DNA from: Octopus sinensis
Taxonomy: Eukaryota
Assembly: GCF_006345805.1 (NCBI RefSeq)
Contig: NC_043014.1
Span: forward strand, 13,330,001 to 13,394,000
Length of the DNA stretch: 64,000 nt
Reading direction: 5' to 3'
Shown here in pieces: positions 12,366-24,806 of the stretch. A program made the position numbers and the translations under genes. Below the pieces are notes generated by a model. The model was not told the DNA's origin. It did no database searches and worked only from the letters and a program-made list of their open reading frames with translations. The stretch's first letter is position 1, and every line of letters begins with the position of its first letter.

Positions 12366-12740
12366 TAGCATTTAAATTGGCCACATATGTTCCAAATATT
12401 TTTTCTACTCTAGGCACAAGGCCCAAAATTTTTTAGGAGGGGCCAATCGATTAGATCGACCCCAGTATGCAACAGGTACTTAATTCATTGGCCCCAAAAG
12501 GATGAAAGGCAAAGTCGACCTCAGTGGAATTTGAACTCGGAACACAACGACACACGTTTCTGCCAGCACGCTGCCTTATATATTCCAAATATTGTACATG
12601 TTTCATGTTCAAACCAGCTAGATCCAGCCTCTCACATCTACCCTATACGATGTCTTTCTAAAACTAAACAATCGAATCATTAAAATCTTGAAGCTATGAG
12701 ACAATGATTAATTCCAAATAATGGGTTTAAATAAGCAATA

Positions 12741-12905
12741 GGCGCAGGAGTGGCTGTGTGGTAAGTAGCTTGTTTACCAACCACATGGTTCCGGGTTCAG
12801 TCCTACTGCGTGGCATCTTGGGCAAGTGTCTTCTGCTATAGCCCCGGGCTGATCAATGCCTTGTGAGTGGATTTGGTAGACGGAAACTGAAAGAAGCCTG
12901 TCATA

Positions 12906-12947
<42 letters not shown>

Positions 12948-13177
12948 TGTGTGTGTATATGTTTGTGTGTCTATGTTTGTCCCTCTAGCATTGCTTGACA
13001 ACCGATGCTGGTGTGTTTACGTCCCCGTCACTTAGCGGTTCGGCAAAAGAGACCGATAGAATAAGTACTGGGCTTACAAAAGAATAAGTCCCGGGGTCGA
13101 TTTGCTCGACTAAAGGCGGTGCTCCAACATGGCCGCAGTCAAATGACTGAAACAAGTAAAAGAGTAAAAGAGTAAAA
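12741..13177 (+). mobile_element. Composite tRNA-derived SINE (ggcgcaggagtggctgtgtggtaag..gactgaaacaagtaaaagag)
   Basis: A/B-box-like head, internal (TA)/(TG) tract, conserved tail. Other copies at ~7940-8330(-), 16755-17145(-), 19355-19770, 19989-20360, 38144-38780, 45840-46490(-). Confidence 0.85.
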
Positions 13178-13464
13178 GAATACATTTGACAGCGTGATGT
13201 GAATACTGACGGGTTAAATGAAGATAAGGTGCAGTCCTGACTGTGTGATAAGAAGCTTGATTCCCAACCACATATATGTGTGTGTGTGTGTGTGTATGTA
13301 TATGTATATATTCTTTTATTCATTTACTTGTTTCAGTCATTTGACAGCAGCCATGCTGGAGCATCACCTTAAAGGGTCTTTTAGTAAAAAAAAAAATCAA
13401 CCCCAGGACTTATTCTGTTGGTTTCTTTTGCCGAAGGGCTAAGTTAAAGGGATGTAAACACTCC

Positions 13465-14230
13465 AGCATTGATTGTCAAGCAAATCAGACAAATCACAAA
13501 TCCTTTCAGGTAGATGGCCCTGCTCAATATGTAGAAAAGGCATTGGTAGAAACTCCATAAGATATAACTGGTGTAAGCTTTGGACACATAAAAGGTGCAG
13601 CAATATCAAAGGAAGGTTAACAGAGAAAATAGCTTTTGTATGTGGAAGATGCACAGGTACAATAAACACCAAAAATGTACATAAAATAGACTTCATCAAC
13701 TGCCAGGGGGTTTAGCTAAAGATAGTAGATAGCTTCTGTTGTCTAGGTAACCAAGTTAATAGTAGAGGTGGATGCTCTGAGAGCATAGCTGTGAGAATAA
13801 GATTAGGATGAGCAAAGTTCAGAGAGCTACTACCTCTGTTAGCAACAAAGGGCTTCTCTCTCAGAGTTGAAAGGTAGATTATATGATGCTTGTGTGCAAA
13901 CAGCTATGCAACATGGTAGTGAAATATGGACTGTGGGAGCTGAGGACATGTTTAGGCTTGAAAGAAATGAAGCCAATATGCTTCATTGGATATGCATTGT
14001 CAGTGTGCATGTTCAACAGAGTGTAGGACATCTTGAGAGAAAAGTTAAGCATGAGCGGCATCAGATGTGGTGTGCAAGAGAAACAACTATACTTATATGG
14101 TCATATGATGTGTATGGACGAGGATAGCTCTATAAAGAAGTGCCAGTCTCTAACTATTGGGGGAACCTGTGGAAGAGGTAGATCCAGGAAGATATGGGAC
14201 GAAGTGGTGAAATATGATCTTCAAACAAGA
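13465..14230 (+). mobile_element. 5'-truncated RTE LINE fragment (same family as 52.6-55.8 kb)
   Basis: SGRWPCSICRKGIGRNSI, KGRLYDACVQTAMQHGSEIW, GTCGRGRSRKIWDEVVK. Confidence 0.9.
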
Positions 14231-14705
14231 CTTTTGGCAATATGTTGTGCTTGAGAAAACTCGTCAAGCCAAGTGATATTACAGTCATGGCTGAAGCTGG
14301 TGTCATGTAACTGGCACCCATGCTGGTGGCACATAAAAAGCACCTTTCAAGTATTGGGCCTCACAGAGGCAGGGCGGCTGAGCTCCTTTCGAGTGTTGGG
14401 CATCATAGAAGCAATGACCAAGACCTTTGGCATTACATTGTGCTTGAGAAGAAGACCCATCAAAACAAGTAAAATCACAGTTGTGACAGATACTGGTGTC
14501 ATACAAATGGCACTCGAGCTGGTGGCACGTAAAAGCACCCATTACTTTCGGAGTGGTTAGCATTAGGAAGAGCATCCAGTGGTAGAAACCTTGCCAAATC
14601 AGATTAGACTCTGATGCAGCCTTCCAGCTTGCCAGCCCTGGTCAAACTGTCAAACCCATGCCAGCATGGACCATGAATGTTAAATGAGGATGATGATGAT
14701 GATGA

Positions 14706-14746
<41 letters not shown>

Positions 14747-15164
14747 TATACACAATTGAGATAGGGTTGTAAATGCAACCGCCATGGGATAACATATATC
14801 CAATATACTGCTAGTGAAGTACCCAACAAGTTAATACATAAATGTTAAGGATTGCGATGCAATCAATTCATTTACTGTATTATATGGGCAAAGGTAAAAT
14901 GATTTACCACAATTACTAATACAAGATAAGAAAATGGAGAAATATATCTAAATCAAATATCAATTATCAGATAATACTCAATCACATACTTTATTAAACC
15001 ACCACATAAGAGACTGTAGGGTTAACATAAAAAAAGCAGAACATATCAGTGTACATAAAGGAATGTACATAAAAAAGTGTACATAAAACGTAATGTTGTA
15101 TAATAAGTAGAATATATAAAAAAAGAGAATATAAAATTAAGTAAATATAATATAAGTATAGATT

Positions 15165-15306
15165 ACATCTTACAGCTGTTTCGGCCATGTAGATAAGTAT
15201 GTCTCATTTTACCAATATTAGCCTATTATGGTAGTCAATATATTAGTCAATATATGGATATAAATGAGTCATTTACAAAAGTATCATAAGGCCTCTTCGA
15301 AGATAT
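15165..15306 (-). ncRNA. Hammerhead-like motif with long loop II and altered core
   Basis: - strand ATATCT-TCGAAGA-GGCC..(~100 nt)..GGCC-GAAAC-AGCT-GTA-AGATGT. Palindromic stem III ACAGCTGT. Core reads UCGAAGA instead of CUGANGA. Confidence 0.45.
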
Positions 15307-15659
15307 ACATATACATATGAGTGCATATACTCACACTCCTATACATGTAAAAATATACATATACATAATAATGCAAATAAATAATATAAATTAGTAAACA
15401 TATATATGTTCCACATCCAATGTTTCAGTTTTTCAACTTAATATTGTGATAATAAACATACACATATTAGTACCTAGATGCAAATATACATAGTCAATAG
15501 TACATTATATTGCTTCCTACTAATTTCAAAAGTGTCATTAAAGTTAGTTCTGCTTTTTTATGTTTAACCCTACAGTCTCTTATGTGGTGGTTTAATAAAG
15601 TATGTGATTGAGTATTATCTGATAATTGATATTTGATTTAGATGTATTTCTCTATTTTC

Positions 15660-15721
<62 letters not shown>

Positions 15722-15932
15722 CAGATAAATGGAGAAATACATCTAAATCAAATATCAATTATCAGATAATACTCAATCACATACTAAGTAAAAAAATTTA
15801 ATGTTTCAGACAGCATCCTTCTCCATGGAAATTATGACAAAAGTCCATCATATACATGCATACATACATACATACACATACATACATACATAGACATACA
15901 TGTCATACAACTACATACACACACACACACAC

Positions 15933-16014
<82 letters not shown>

Positions 16015-16251
16015 CTGTTGTGTGTGTTAGTGTGTATGTATGTATGTATGTACATGTATGTCTATGTATGTATGTATGCATGTATATGATGGACTTTTGT
16101 CATAATTTCCCTGGAGAAGGATGCTGTCTGAAACATTAAATTTTCCACTCCGCTCAGCATGTTCAATGCACACTTTTTACTGATTTCACTAAATAATACA
16201 AGTCTTATCAACACAAATTAACAACAGTCTCTTTGGATTCTGATTGATCAT

Positions 16252-16287
<36 letters not shown>

Positions 16288-16719
16288 CCACATACACACA
16301 ATGGGCTTCTAAACAGTTTTTGTCTACCACTTTCACTCACAAGCCATCGATCAACCTGGAACTATAGTAGGAAACAACGCCCCTAGATGCCATGCTGTGG
16401 AAATGAACACAAAACCATGCACTTGTAAAGTGAGCTTCTAAACCATGCACCCACACTGCACCTACACATAAGAGAAAGAAAAAAACAGTATTGAAAAGGT
16501 GGTAAAGCTAAGATGGGTGTATACATTGCATTTTGCTGCAGAAGCACACATGCGCATTGGTGCAATGCAAAATAGTTGAGTTTTCTAAGCATGCTGCTAA
16601 GGGGTGGTTGAAAACGTCTAATCTATAATATTGACTTACAAATCATTTCAATAGTATATACATCATTGATCATCTGCTTGTACAATCCAATATTAAGCAG
16701 TATCTATCTGCAGAAACAT

Positions 16720-16755
<36 letters not shown>

Positions 16756-17388
16756 TCTTTTACTTGTTTCAGTCATTTGACTGTGGCTATGCTGGAGCAC
16801 CGCCTTTAGTCGAGCAAATCGACCCCATGACTTATTCTTTGTAAGCCTGGTATTTATTCTATTGGTCTCTTTTGCCGAACCGCTAAGTTACAGAGACGTA
16901 AACACACCAGCATCGGTTGTCAAGCGATGTTGGTAGGACAAACACTAACATACACACACATACATATATATACATATATACAATGGGCTTCTTTTAGTTT
17001 CCGTCTACCAAATCCACTCATAAGGCTTTGGTCAGCCTGAGGCTATAGTAGAAGACACTTGCCCAAGGTGCCATGCAGTGGGACTGAACCCAGAACCATG
17101 TAGTTGGTAAGCAAGCTATTTACCACACAGCCACTCCTATGCCTATATATATATATGGTTTAAGTAATTGAGATTCAAGTGAGTTCTAATGAATTCACAT
17201 GAATATGGTCCTTAACTAGGATGCACCGGAAATCTATATGGTGTTAACCATACGACAAGTGGGGTGATTACAAATAGGAAAAAAGCAACAAGAATGGATC
17301 AAAATATCAGTACAATTGTTTTGTACGAGGACATCTTTAATAAGCTACAAAATTTGCAGTAAATATAGGTGGCTCGTACTCATGAGTA

Positions 17389-17470
17389 CGGCTGATGAGT
17401 ACAAGCCACCTATATTTACTGCAATTTTTGTAGCTTATTAAAGATGTCCTCGTATGAAACAATTGTACCG
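17389..17470 (+). ncRNA. Type I hammerhead motif in right arm of a fold-back
   Basis: CGG-CTGATGA-GTACAAG..CTCGTAT-GAAAC-AATT-GTA-CCG. Palindromic stem III ACAATTGT, GUA triplet, ~45-nt loop II. Confidence 0.7.
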
Positions 17471-17759
17471 ATATTTTGATCCATTCTTGTTGCTTTTTTC
17501 CTATATATATATATATTATATATATATATACATACAGGGTGAGTCAAAAGTAGTGCCCAATTCCTGTTTTAGGGTTGATACGTATAACTTCCTAATTGGG
17601 AAATACTTTGACTTCTTGTTCTATGAGTTTGGGATATCAAAGAGTATTAACATGGTACATGATTGAGACTTGGAAAATTCCAAAAACTGTTAGTAATAAC
17701 ATGGAAGACAACAAAGGCATAACTTCCCAGAAATTGGCCACTACTTTTGACTCACCCTA

Positions 17760-18260
17760 CATGCATGCCTGCATGCATGTATGTATGTATGTATGTACAT
17801 ATGTATGTATGTATGGATGGATGGATAGATGGATGGATGGATGGATGGGTGGTGTGTGTGTGTGTGTGTATGTATGTATGGATGGATGGATGGATGGATG
17901 GATGGATGTATTCATGTATGTATGTATGTATGGATGGATGGATGTATTCATGTATGTATGTATGGATGTATGGATGGATGCATGCATTCATGTATGGATG
18001 GATGGATGGATGGATGGATGTATTCATGTATGTATGTATGGATGTATGGATGCATGCATGCATGCATTCATGTATATATGTATGGATGGATGGATGGATG
18101 GATGTATTCATGTATGTATGGATGTATGGATTGATGCATGCATGCATGCATTCATGTATGTATGTATGTATGGATTGATGGATGGATGGATGCATTCATG
18201 TATGTATGTATGTATGGATGGATGGATGCATTCATGTATGTATGTATGTATGAATGTATG

Positions 18261-18290
<30 letters not shown>
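17760..18290. repeat. (ATGG)/(ATGT)/(ATGC) compound tetranucleotide tract
   Basis: Direct reading. Confidence 0.95.
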
Positions 18291-18291
<1 letters not shown>

Positions 18292-19080
18292 TTATTCAGT
18301 TTTATCTCAAGATTGCTTGCCAATAGAAAAAGAGCTGGTTTCTAACCTAAATCCAAGGCTCCTTTCATTGGAACTTCAACATCAACAACAGGGTACTTTT
18401 GTTTGTATATAAGTAGGCAAGTAACCACATACATACGTACATACATACATTTATTGATTAGTTAGTCTCCATCACGACTACCACCACCAAGAATAAAAAG
18501 CACACTCTAAAAAATATCTTCAGCAGTAATATTCTATGGAGCCATTGGGTATGGGCAGATAATGTCACTGGTTATTATACGTGTGTACTGTGTGTGTTTT
18601 AAAATTATCTATATTCACATTATTGATTGTTTACTGTTCTCAGTAGCATTAGTTGCAATAGTTAGATGTTCTAAGTAAAAAAATTGACATCAAAAGAAAA
18701 AGTCGGCTTTGTAAGTATAAACCATATTCATCCTTAATAAGTGAATGAATAATAGATAACTGTAAGATATTGATTATTTACAATACAATCCACCCATAAC
18801 TGGTGGCTACATAAAAATATTACTGCTCAAATATACTCTACTATCCAAAAGTTTAAGATCACCTACAAAAGTTTGTTTCAAAGTGGAATTTTTAGTTCAG
18901 TGTCATCATCATCATCATCATCATCATCATTTAACGTCCGCTTTCCATGCTAGCATGGGTTGGACGGTTCAACTGGGGTCTGGGGAGCCCGAAGGCTGCA
19001 CCAGGCCAGTCAGATCTGGCAGTGTTTCTACAGCTGGATGCCCTTCCTAACGCCAACCACTCCGAGAGTGTAGTGGGTGA

Positions 19081-19232
19081 TTTTATGTGCCACCGACACA
19101 GGTGCCAGACGGGGCTGGCGAACGGCCACGCTCGGATGGTGTTTTTATGTGCCACCGACACAGGTGCCAGACGAAGCTGGCGAACGGCCACGCTCGGATG
19201 GTGTTTTTATGTGCCACCGACACAGGTGCCAG
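19081..19232. repeat. 62-bp tandem repeat, ~2.5 copies, in SINE body
   Basis: Units start at 19081, 19143 and 19205. Confidence 0.85.
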
Positions 19233-21544
19233 ACAAGGCTAGCAGATGATTTAAATAATCAATTTAAATTTAAATAATTTCTTGGTATAAAAATATGGAA
19301 TAACATATTGCATAAAGTTTGGAGTTTATTCGTTATGGAATAACACTATTTATAGGCATAGAAGTGGCTGTGTGGTAAGTAGCTTGCTTACGAACCACAT
19401 GGTTCCGGATTCAGTCCCACTGCATGGCACCTTGGGCAAGTGCCTTGTGAGTGGATTTGGTAGACGGAAACTGAAAGAAGCCCATCGTATATATGTATAT
19501 GTGTGTGTGTGTGCGAGCATGTGTGTGTGTGTGTTGTGTGTATGTTTGTGCGTCTGCATTTGTCCCACCAACATCGCTTGACAACCGATGCTGGTGTGTT
19601 TACGTCCCCGTAACTTAGCAATTCGGCAAAATAAGTACTAGACTTACAAAGACCAATAAAATAAGTACTAGGCTTATAAAGAATAAGTCCTGGGGTTGAT
19701 TTGCTCGACTAAAGGCGGTACTCCAGCATGGCCACAGTCAAATGACTGAAACAAGTAAAAGAGTAAAGAGTATACATATTTTATATACAAATAATCATAT
19801 TTCTTGATGGCAAGCCTATCTCAGAATGTTGTCAAAATCATTTATGTGTTCACTTTTTGACAACATTGCAAAATATTTTGACTATTTACACTGCTTATGT
19901 GTTGTCGGTTGAGAGAACACCACTTAATGACTGCGTTAAATGTCTTATAGTGTGTTTCAGGTTCAATAATTAAAAATAAGTAAAATTAGGCGCAGGAGTG
20001 GCTGTGTGGTAAGTAGCTTGCTAACCAACCACGTGGTTCCGGGTTCAGTCCCACTGCGTGGCATCTTGGGCAAGTGTCTTCTGCTATAGCCCCGGGCCGA
20101 CCAATGCCTGTCGTATATATGTATATATATATATGTATGTGTGTGTGTTTGTGTGTCTCTGTTTGTCCCCCTAGCATTGCTTGACAACCGATGCTGGTGT
20201 GTTTATGTCCCCGTCACTTAGTGGTTCGGCAAAAAGAGACCGATAGAATAAGTATTGGGCTTACAAAAAGAATAAGTCCCGGGGTCGAGTTGCTCGATTA
20301 AAGGTGGTGCTCCAGCATGGCCGTAGTCAATAGACTGAAACAAGTAAAAGAGTAAAGAGTAGTGAAATTCCTAAAAATCAACCTAAACATGAGCAAAACT
20401 AGTAATTTATCACCTGCAAAGAGACAAAGCTTTGTCACATTATGAGGTGAAGGCTATAGTTTTCAAGATATAATGAAAAATGTTAAAGTTTCCTATTCTG
20501 CCATCCACTCCACCATTGTAAGGTATAATGGAACAGGAAAAAATAATGACAGACCTCGGTCAGGTCATCCAAAAGTTACTTCTAAATCATAGGATAAGTT
20601 CATCAGAGTCACCAGTTTTGGAAACAGACATCTGATAGCAAATGAAATCGCTGCACAAGTAAGAGAAGCCAGCAAAGCTAACACGTCTTCTACGACTCTA
20701 AGGAGAAGACTCATTGCTGCCGGTCTAAATGGCCATTGCACTGCCAGAAAAACACTGCTTTGAACCTGTGAATAAACATAAGCGTCTCATATGGGTTTGA
20801 AAACACCAAACCTGGACTATTGATCAATGGAAACAAGTCCTCTGGACTGATGAATCAAAGTTTAAAATCTTGAGGCCTCGGCATAAAGTTTATGTGAGGT
20901 GAAGAATTGGTGAATGGATGACTACTGAGTGTATAGTTCCAACTGTAAAGCATGGTGGCAGAAGTGTGATGATCTGGGGTTGTTTTGCAGGCAATAGCGT
21001 TGAGGATATTCATTGGGTAACAGGAATATTGAACCAAAACAGGTATCACTATATCCTTCTAGTGTCATGCCATTCCTTCTGGGACATGGCTGATCAGTGA
21101 TAATTTCATGCAGATGCAAAATAACGATCCTAAATATACTTCTAAGCTATGCAAAAGCTATTTACAGAAGAAAATAGGTGTAAAAAGTTGACTGTAATGT
21201 AATGGCCAGCCCCAGTCCCCTGATAGCAATCCCATCGAAATTGTGTGGAATGAATTGAATTGCAGAGCCAAAAAGCGACAACCAAGTAGCATAGAATCCC
21301 TCTGCACTTTCTTACAAGAGGAGCAGCAAAATATTACCAGCAAATATTTGCTTTCATTGGTCGAAAGAATGCTTAGAGTATACTCCACAGTGATCAAGGC
21401 CAAGAACGGATATTTCAGTGAGTCTATGTTTAGAGTCTCTAACTGGTTTTTTGGGGGGGTTATTTATGGTGGCGAGTTGGCAGAATTGTTACTGCACTGG
21501 AGAAAAATGCTTGGCAGCATTTCTTCCGTTTTTACATTTAGTGG

Positions 21545-21850
21545 AGGCACATGGCCTAGTGGTTAGAGCAGCGAACTCACAGTCGAGGGATCGTGGGTTC
21601 GAATCTCAGACCAGGCGATGTGTGTGTTTATGAGCAAAACACCTAAGTTCCACGTGGCTCCAGCAGAAGGTAATAGTGAACTTCTGCTGACTCTTTCGCC
21701 ACAACTTTCTCTCACTCTTTCCTCCTGCATCTTGCAGCTTACCTGCGACAGACTGACGTCCTGTCCAGGTGAGGAACCTATATGCCAAGGAAACGGGGAA
21801 ACCAGCCCTTATGAGCCAGGCATGGCTCGAGAAGGAACAAATGAACAAAC
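21545..21850 (+). mobile_element. tRNA-derived SINE, fourth family
   Basis: ggcacatggcctagtggttagagcagcg..gggttcgaatctc head. Copies at ~23915-24200, 62905-63228(-), partial 22640-22800. Confidence 0.8.
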
Positions 21851-22213
21851 AACAGTTTGGGTTATTTGCTGAGTTAATTATGTCATCCAATGAACGTTGC
21901 TATACATTAATAAAATATTCCACCAGAATCTCTCACTTATTTCCATTTTGTAAATGTTTTTTTCAAAATAAGTTGAGGCGATCAAAAACTCTTGGATAGT
22001 AGTGTGTATATCATGTACTGTTTCGTGATAGGAAATTCAACAAAAGAGTTCTCCATCTGGTGAGAGATAATATCATTTATTTACAGGACACAATCCAAGT
22101 CTTTAAGTGCTACTAATTGTTTCATATGCTTTGAGAAACCACATATAAACTAAAAACATTGAATAAGAGAAGACACGCAAAAAAAAAACTAAGCATACAG
22201 AAAACACGGAAGG

Positions 22214-22245
<32 letters not shown>

Positions 22246-22435
22246 GAGAAAGAAGCAACAAGAATGGATAGGTTTTTAGTACTAAAACCTATCCATTCTT
22301 GTTGCTTCTTTCTCGCTTATAATCACCCCACATTACTGTATTGTTAAAACAGTATAGTTTTTTTTGGTGCATCTAAGTTAGGTACCATATTCAAGTAAAT
22401 TCATTTAAATTAACTTGAATCTTTATTGCTTTTTG

Positions 22436-22469
<34 letters not shown>

Positions 22470-22898
22470 TTTACACATGTATATGCAGAGAGAGAGAGAA
22501 AAAGATAGAATTAATGGGCAGTAACTGACAATAAGAGATATAGAAGCTTTTAAGAGCACATTATGAAACTTTTGCCCAAACTAAATGGATTATATATATA
22601 ATGTGGCCCAGTGGCATAATAAGGCAGCGCACTTGCAGTTGTAGGATCGCAGTTTCAATTCCTAGACTGGGCATTGTGAGTGTTTCATAAGTGAAAACAC
22701 CTAAAGCTCCACGAGGCTCCGACGGGGGGGGGAGGGGAACGATCCTTGCTGTACTCTTTCGCCACAACTTTCTCTCACTCTTTCTTCTGTTGGCCTGCTC
22801 ACTTAGCCAGCAGTTTGACGTCATTTGAAAGCTAAAACAATGCGAAGCGCATTGTAACCAGCAATGTGTAGCAACATCTGATAGCCCAGTCGGTCATG

Positions 22899-22940
<42 letters not shown>

Positions 22941-22989
22941 CAAAATCAAGGAACGGCTATAATATATTGATTAATTATTAAATATTGAT

Positions 22990-23032
<43 letters not shown>

Positions 23033-23517
23033 CTAAAATTACAAATTGAGATAGGGGTTGTGAGTGCAACCCTCCATGGGATAACATATATCCAATATAC
23101 TGCTACTAAAGCACCCAACAAAGTTAATACATAAATGTTAAGAATTGCGATGCAATTAATTCATTTACTATATTATATGGGTAAAGGTAAAATGTTTTAC
23201 CACAAATTAATAATACAAAACAAGAAAATGGAGAAACACATCTTAATCAATAATCAACTACCAGATAATACCCAATCACAATTTATTAAACCACTACATG
23301 TGAACATTAAAGGTCAAATGTACATGAATGAGTAATATGATACAATAAGTCACTTATACATACTGTACTTATTGTATCATATTACTCATTCATGTACATT
23401 GTTTTGTTCTATATTATTATGTTTGACCTTGATGTTCATATGTAGTTGGTTAATAAATTATGTGATTGGGTATAATTGGTAGTTGATTATTGATTAAGAT
23501 GTATTTCTCCATTTTTT

Positions 23518-23557
<40 letters not shown>

Positions 23558-24751
23558 TATATATATATACATGCATAAAGGGTAAACCCCTACCCAACTT
23601 CAGCCATGAAAGATCATATGATTGCACCTAGAAAGTTTCCCTCGGAGGCACAAGTCAGGGAAAGGTTGTATATGGGAGACCAGCAGTCACCCAAGCATAC
23701 CATCCTCCTCTCTCCACACCACTAATGTTATCCAAGGGAAAGGCAAAGGCCGATACAGCTTGGCATCAGTAACATTACAAATCATTTCTACAGCTGAGGG
23801 AACTGGAGCAACATGAAATAAAGTATCTTGCTCAAGAACACAACACACAGCCTAGTCCAGGGATCAAACTCACTACCTCATAATTGTGAACCAAGACATA
23901 TATATGTATGTATGCATGTGGTTAGAGCAGCAGACTCATGGTTGAAGGATTGTGGGTTCAAATCTCAGACCGGGTGATGTGTGTGTTTATGAGCGAAACA
24001 CCTAAGCTCCACGCGGCTCCGGCAGAAGGTAATGGTGAACTTCTGCAGACTCTTTTGCCACAACTTTCTCTCACTCTTTCCTCATGCATCTTGCAGCTCA
24101 CCTGCGACAGACCGGCGTCCTGTCCAGGTGGGGAACCTATACACCAAGGAAACCGGGAAACCAGCCCTTATGAGCCAGGTGTGGCTCGAGAAGGAACAAA
24201 CATGTATGTATGTGTGTGTGTGTGTGTGTATGTATGTAAAGGAATAACAAAGATGTACAGATATTGTTTCATTACAGCTGTGTATGAATTGAATCCTATT
24301 TTGTATTAAATCTAATTTTGATTGAGCGTCTTTTTTTCTCCTCCATTTTTCTATAATTGTTTTATGGTATATTTATACCTATAATGATATTTTTCAACTA
24401 TATATATATATATAACCACAATCCATCTGGTATTATTTCTCGTAGCTTAGTTTTTCCTTGGGGCTGGCCGGATCAGAGCGATCTCAAGATTAATCAGCCA
24501 AAATTGCGAGGATGATCCGGTTCTTGACTGAAGATTGAAGGCTTTGAATGTCCTGTCCGTGTTTTTTGTATCGTCTTCTAAATGTTTTGCGTTCTTGTCC
24601 CAGTTTGTATTTTTTTACATATACATACATATATATATGTACATGTGTATATATATGTATATGTATATATGTGTGTGGGTATGTGTGAGTGTATGTATGT
24701 GTGTGTATTTATATATGTATGTATATATATATATAATTTTGTTTATTTCAG

Positions 24752-24806
24752 ATATGTTCTGATAGTTTCTGCTGTTTCTCTTATGGTTCCTCTTGCCTTC
24801 CGTCAC
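24752..24806 (+). CDS. MFSD5: MFSD5-like exon (YVLIVSAVSLMVPLAFRH)
   Basis: ttatttcAG acceptor, GTaagt donor, 55 nt (phase 2 to 0). Hydrophobic TM segment. Confidence 0.85.

Larger units (their letters stand above)
18836..22004 (+). mobile_element. Tc1-family DNA transposon with both TIRs, disrupted transposase (~20389-21425) and nested SINEs
   Basis: TIRs ctctactatccaaaagtttaagatcacct (18836-18864) and aggcgatcaaaaactcttggatagtagtg (21976-22004). Transposase motifs RSGHPKVT, WKQVLWTDESKF, TVKHGGRSVMIWGCF, NNDPKYTS, WPAQSPDSNPIE, with stops and frameshifts. Confidence 0.88.

Noticed and set aside
17596-18326. ORFs of up to 231 aa rich in M/D/G/W/C/Y
   Set aside because: Tetranucleotide microsatellite.
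21545-21615. tRNA-like sequences (also 6865-6935, 31593-31660, 12741-12810)
   Set aside because: SINE heads with A/B boxes continuing into repeat bodies. I could not build a complete cloverleaf.
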